Source of the DNA: Candidatus Saccharimonadota bacterium
GTDB lineage: Bacteria; Pseudomonadota; Gammaproteobacteria; Enterobacterales; Enterobacteriaceae
Direction: 5' to 3'
Assembly: GCA_049942965.1 (NCBI GenBank)
Contig: CP188088.1
Location: 120,001 to 152,000, forward strand
Length of the DNA stretch: 32,000 bases
In this document: one piece after another, positions 28,909 through 32,000 of the stretch
Layout of the letters: every line of letters starts with the position of its first letter
How positions within the stretch are numbered: position 1 is the stretch's first letter
Notes under the pieces: model-generated
What the model was told of the DNA's origin: nothing
What the model saw: the letters and a program-made list of their open reading frames with translations, nothing else
Database searches by the model: none
Program-made: the position numbers and the translations under genes

Positions 28909-31413
28909 ATGAAAAATTATTGTACTCCTATGATGAAACAGTATTTTTTATTTAAAAAAAAATACCCGAAAATGATTGTTTTTTATCAAATGGGGGATTT
29001 TTATGAGGTATTTTTTGAAGATGCTAAAAAAGTATCTTCGTTATTAAATATTACTCTAACGAAACGAGGCTATTCATCTAATGATGAAATACCTATGTCC
29101 GGAGTCCCTTGTTCAAACGTTAATTTTTATTTATCACAACTAATCAATAAAGGAGAAAAAGTGGTTATTTGTGATCAAATAAAAAATTCTGGTACAAAAT
29201 TTGGAATATTAGAACGAAAAGTAGTAAGAATAATTACTCCCGGAACTGTACTAGAAGAAGAATTATTAGATGGGAATAATGATAATTTATTAGCAGCCTT
29301 CTATCAAGAAAAAGATAGAATTTCTTATTCAACTTTAAATTTAAGTTCAGGAAAATTTAAAATTTTTGAATGCAATAATTTTGAAAGTTTACAATCTAAA
29401 ATTGAATTAACTAATCCTAATGAATTATTGTTTCCTGAACATTCTTCATTAAAAAAATTGATAAAAAATAGAAGAGGTTTGAATCCTAAACCTAATTGTT
29501 ATTTTAATTTATCTTTTATCAGAAATCAATTAGAAATACATTTTGGGAAAAATAAAATTAAAGAGTTTGGAATAAAGGATGAGTTTTTTAACTTAAAATC
29601 AGCAGGATGTTTGTTTAAATATATTCAATCCATGAATTATAGTTCTAATTTAACGCATATTAGAAAAATAAAATTTATTAAAGATCATGAGTATATTGAA
29701 ATAAATTCCTCTACAATTAAAAATTTAGAAATTATACAAAATGTTTTAGGAACAGGAAATAATTCTTTATTATCTGTTTTGGATAAAACGTCTACTAAAA
29801 TGGGTAGTAGAATGTTAAAACGTTGGTTGTGTTTTCCAATTAGAGATGTATCAATAGTTAGAAATAGACAACGTAGTATTTTAGATTTAAAAAAAAGTTT
29901 TCCTAAAATAAAAAAATATTTATCTCAAATAGGAGATTTAGAACGAATTGTAGGGAGAATTTCTTTAAGAATCGCTTTACCTAGAGATTTTTTATCACTA
30001 AAAAATTCTATAAAATTATTTCCAAAAATAAATTTTATTTTAAAAAACACTAAAAATAAACATTTAAAAAAAATACTAAAAAAAATAGTATTCTTTCCTA
30101 GTTTATATTTTTTGTTAAAAAAATGTATAAGTGATAATCCTTCGAATTCTTTGCGAAATGGAGGTGTAATTGCAGAAAATTACAATTCTGAATTAGACGA
30201 ATTAAGAAGATTAAAATCTACATCTGAAAATTTGCTTAAAAATATTGAATTGGAAGAAAGAAATAGATTAGGAATAAAATCTTTAAAAATAGGATTTAAT
30301 AGTTTAATTGGTTATTTTATTCAAATTAATAAAAAATATTCACATCTTGTTCCTTTATATTATATAAAAAAACAATCAATTAAACATTCGAATCGATATA
30401 CTTTTCCTTTATTACAAGAATATCAAAAAAAATTTTTAGAATCAGAAATTAGAATAATAGCTTTAGAAAAAATGTTATATGAAGAATTGTTTGATTATAT
30501 TTCTCCATACATAATTGATTTGCAAAAAATGTATTCGGCAATTTCTGAATTGGATGTATTAACAAATTTATCAGAACGGTCAGTAACTTTAAATTACGTT
30601 TGTCCTAAAATATCTACTAATAAAAATATTTTGTTTATAAAAAACGGAAGACATCCAGTAATAGAACATATAACTGGGATTAATTTTGTAAAAAATGGAA
30701 TTAAATTTTGTGAAAATAAAAGAATGTTTATTATCACAGGTCCTAATATGGGAGGAAAAAGTACATTTATGCGTCAAATAGCATTAATTTCTATATTAGC
30801 TTGGGTTGGTAGTTTCGTTCCTGCAGAATCAGCTACTATCGGAGTTATTGACAAGATATTTACTAGAATTGGTGCTTCTGATAATTTATCTTATGGACAA
30901 TCTACTTTTATGGTCGAAATTAAAGAAATGGTTAGCATACTAAACAATGCTACAACAAATAGTTTAGTAATAATAGATGAAATAGGTAGAGGTACTTCAA
31001 CTATTGACGGATTTTCTTTGGCATGGTCTTGTGTGAAATATTTAGTTGAAAAAATAAATTGTATGACTTTATTTTCTACACATTTTTTTGGATTAACGGA
31101 ATTATCAAATAAATATAATTCAATTGAAAATTTGTTTTTTCAAATTTTAAAAAAAAATAATAAAATATTTTTTTTATACAAAGTTAAAGTCGGTGTTTCC
31201 AAAAAAAGTCATGGATTATTAGTATCTTTGTTAGCTGGATTACCATCATTGGTTATTGAAGAAGCGGAAAAAAAAATAAAGGAACTAGAAAAAAATGAAA
31301 TAAAATTTAAAAAAAATTCAATAATTATAGATTATTTAAGATCTTTAATTCCAGAAAAAATTTCTCCAATTGAAGCATTAGATTGTATTTTTAAAATAAA
31401 AAAAATGTTATAG
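28909..31413 (+). CDS. mutS: DNA mismatch repair protein MutS
   Basis: The 834-aa ORF has TPMMKQYFLFKKKYPKMIVFYQMGDFYEVFFEDA (mismatch-binding Phe motif), Walker A ITGPNMGGKSTFMRQ, STFMVE, DEIGRGTST and FSTHFF. Confidence 0.96.
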   Translation: MKNYCTPMMKQYFLFKKKYPKMIVFYQMGDFYEVFFEDAKKVSSLLNITLTKRGYSSNDEIPMSGVPCSNVNFYLSQLINKGEKVVICDQIKNSGTKFGILERKVVRIITPGTVLEEELLDGNNDNLLAAFYQEKDRISYSTLNLSSGKFKIFECNNFESLQSKIELTNPNELLFPEHSSLKKLIKNRRGLNPKPNCYFNLSFIRNQLEIHFGKNKIKEFGIKDEFFNLKSAGCLFKYIQSMNYSSNLTHIRKIKFIKDHEYIEINSSTIKNLEIIQNVLGTGNNSLLSVLDKTSTKMGSRMLKRWLCFPIRDVSIVRNRQRSILDLKKSFPKIKKYLSQIGDLERIVGRISLRIALPRDFLSLKNSIKLFPKINFILKNTKNKHLKKILKKIVFFPSLYFLLKKCISDNPSNSLRNGGVIAENYNSELDELRRLKSTSENLLKNIELEERNRLGIKSLKIGFNSLIGYFIQINKKYSHLVPLYYIKKQSIKHSNRYTFPLLQEYQKKFLESEIRIIALEKMLYEELFDYISPYIIDLQKMYSAISELDVLTNLSERSVTLNYVCPKISTNKNILFIKNGRHPVIEHITGINFVKNGIKFCENKRMFIITGPNMGGKSTFMRQIALISILAWVGSFVPAESATIGVIDKIFTRIGASDNLSYGQSTFMVEIKEMVSILNNATTNSLVIIDEIGRGTSTIDGFSLAWSCVKYLVEKINCMTLFSTHFFGLTELSNKYNSIENLFFQILKKNNKIFFLYKVKVGVSKKSHGLLVSLLAGLPSLVIEEAEKKIKELEKNEIKFKKNSIIIDYLRSLIPEKISPIEALDCIFKIKKML

Positions 31414-31707
31414 AAATTTTATATGTATATAAATCGCAATTTTCAAAAAGTATTTTTTATTATTTTGTTTTAGTCAAATTGCATTTTTTAAAGTATTATT
31501 TTTTTAAATAAAAAACATTTTTATTACTGTTAAAATAGAAACATTTTTTAATATATTTTTTACTAATGTATTTAAATTTAATTAAAATTAAGTAATTTAA
31601 AATTAAAAAATTTCTATGTTTTGACTTAAAAAAATAAAATGATTATTTTTTACATAAATGAATATTAATATTTTTTAAAATCAATTATCAAAAAATCATG
31701 TTTTGTA

Positions 31708-31741
31708 TTCTTGTTAGTTTTTTAAATTTTACTAACAAGAA
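31708..31741. terminator. hairpin in the mutS/eno convergent intergenic region (possible terminator)
   Basis: It has a perfect 11-bp stem, TTCTTGTTAGT (31708-31718) and ACTAACAAGAA (31731-31741), with a 12-nt loop. It lies 23 nt downstream of the eno stop on the minus strand. On the plus strand a T-run follows 4 nt later. No textbook U-tract follows it immediately on either strand. Confidence 0.35.
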
Positions 31742-31763
31742 CAGATTTTTAATCTTAATAAAT

Positions 31764-32000
<237 letters not shown>

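Noticed and set aside
31414-31763. The 350-nt mutS/eno intergenic region as a possible sRNA or tRNA locus
   Set aside because: Apart from one 11-bp hairpin (31708-31741) there is no conserved-looking structure, promoter-terminator pair or GC-enriched segment. That is not enough to call an RNA gene.

Overview
The window is extremely AT-rich (about four fifths A+T by eye) and densely packed with housekeeping genes. Their order follows Escherichia coli operon fragments: pgk-fbaA-mscS, yhgN/asd, leuS-holA, miaB-ybeY-corC, lgt-thyA, prfB-lysS and dsbA..polA/engB. This is the pattern of a reduced gammaproteobacterial insect endosymbiont, most consistent with Buchnera aphidicola. That assignment comes from recalled ortholog sequences and synteny, not from a database search. 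I identified 24 protein-coding loci by eye against remembered E. coli orthologs and catalytic motifs. Two of them run off the window and are missing from the ORF track: recC on the left and eno on the right. I found no rRNA, tRNA, CRISPR array, transposon, phage or defence-island signal, and I see no evidence of a novel multi-gene system. What is worth a second look is gene erosion and recoding. (1) prfB keeps the canonical SD-CUU-UGA +1 frameshift cassette, but the RF2 body is in the same frame as the ATG and the UGA, with the frame swap inside an A12 run. (2) polA is an intact 5'-3' exonuclease ORF followed by about 1.7 kb of recognisable but dead Klenow-fragment sequence. (3) recC has exactly one frame break, inside an A23 run. 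(4) The N-terminus of corC is cut off from its ATG by an A24 run. Smaller points are degenerate LeuRS editing motifs, a CKYC DsbA active site, and genes missing from otherwise conserved operons. All homopolymer lengths are taken as written and could be sequencing miscalls.
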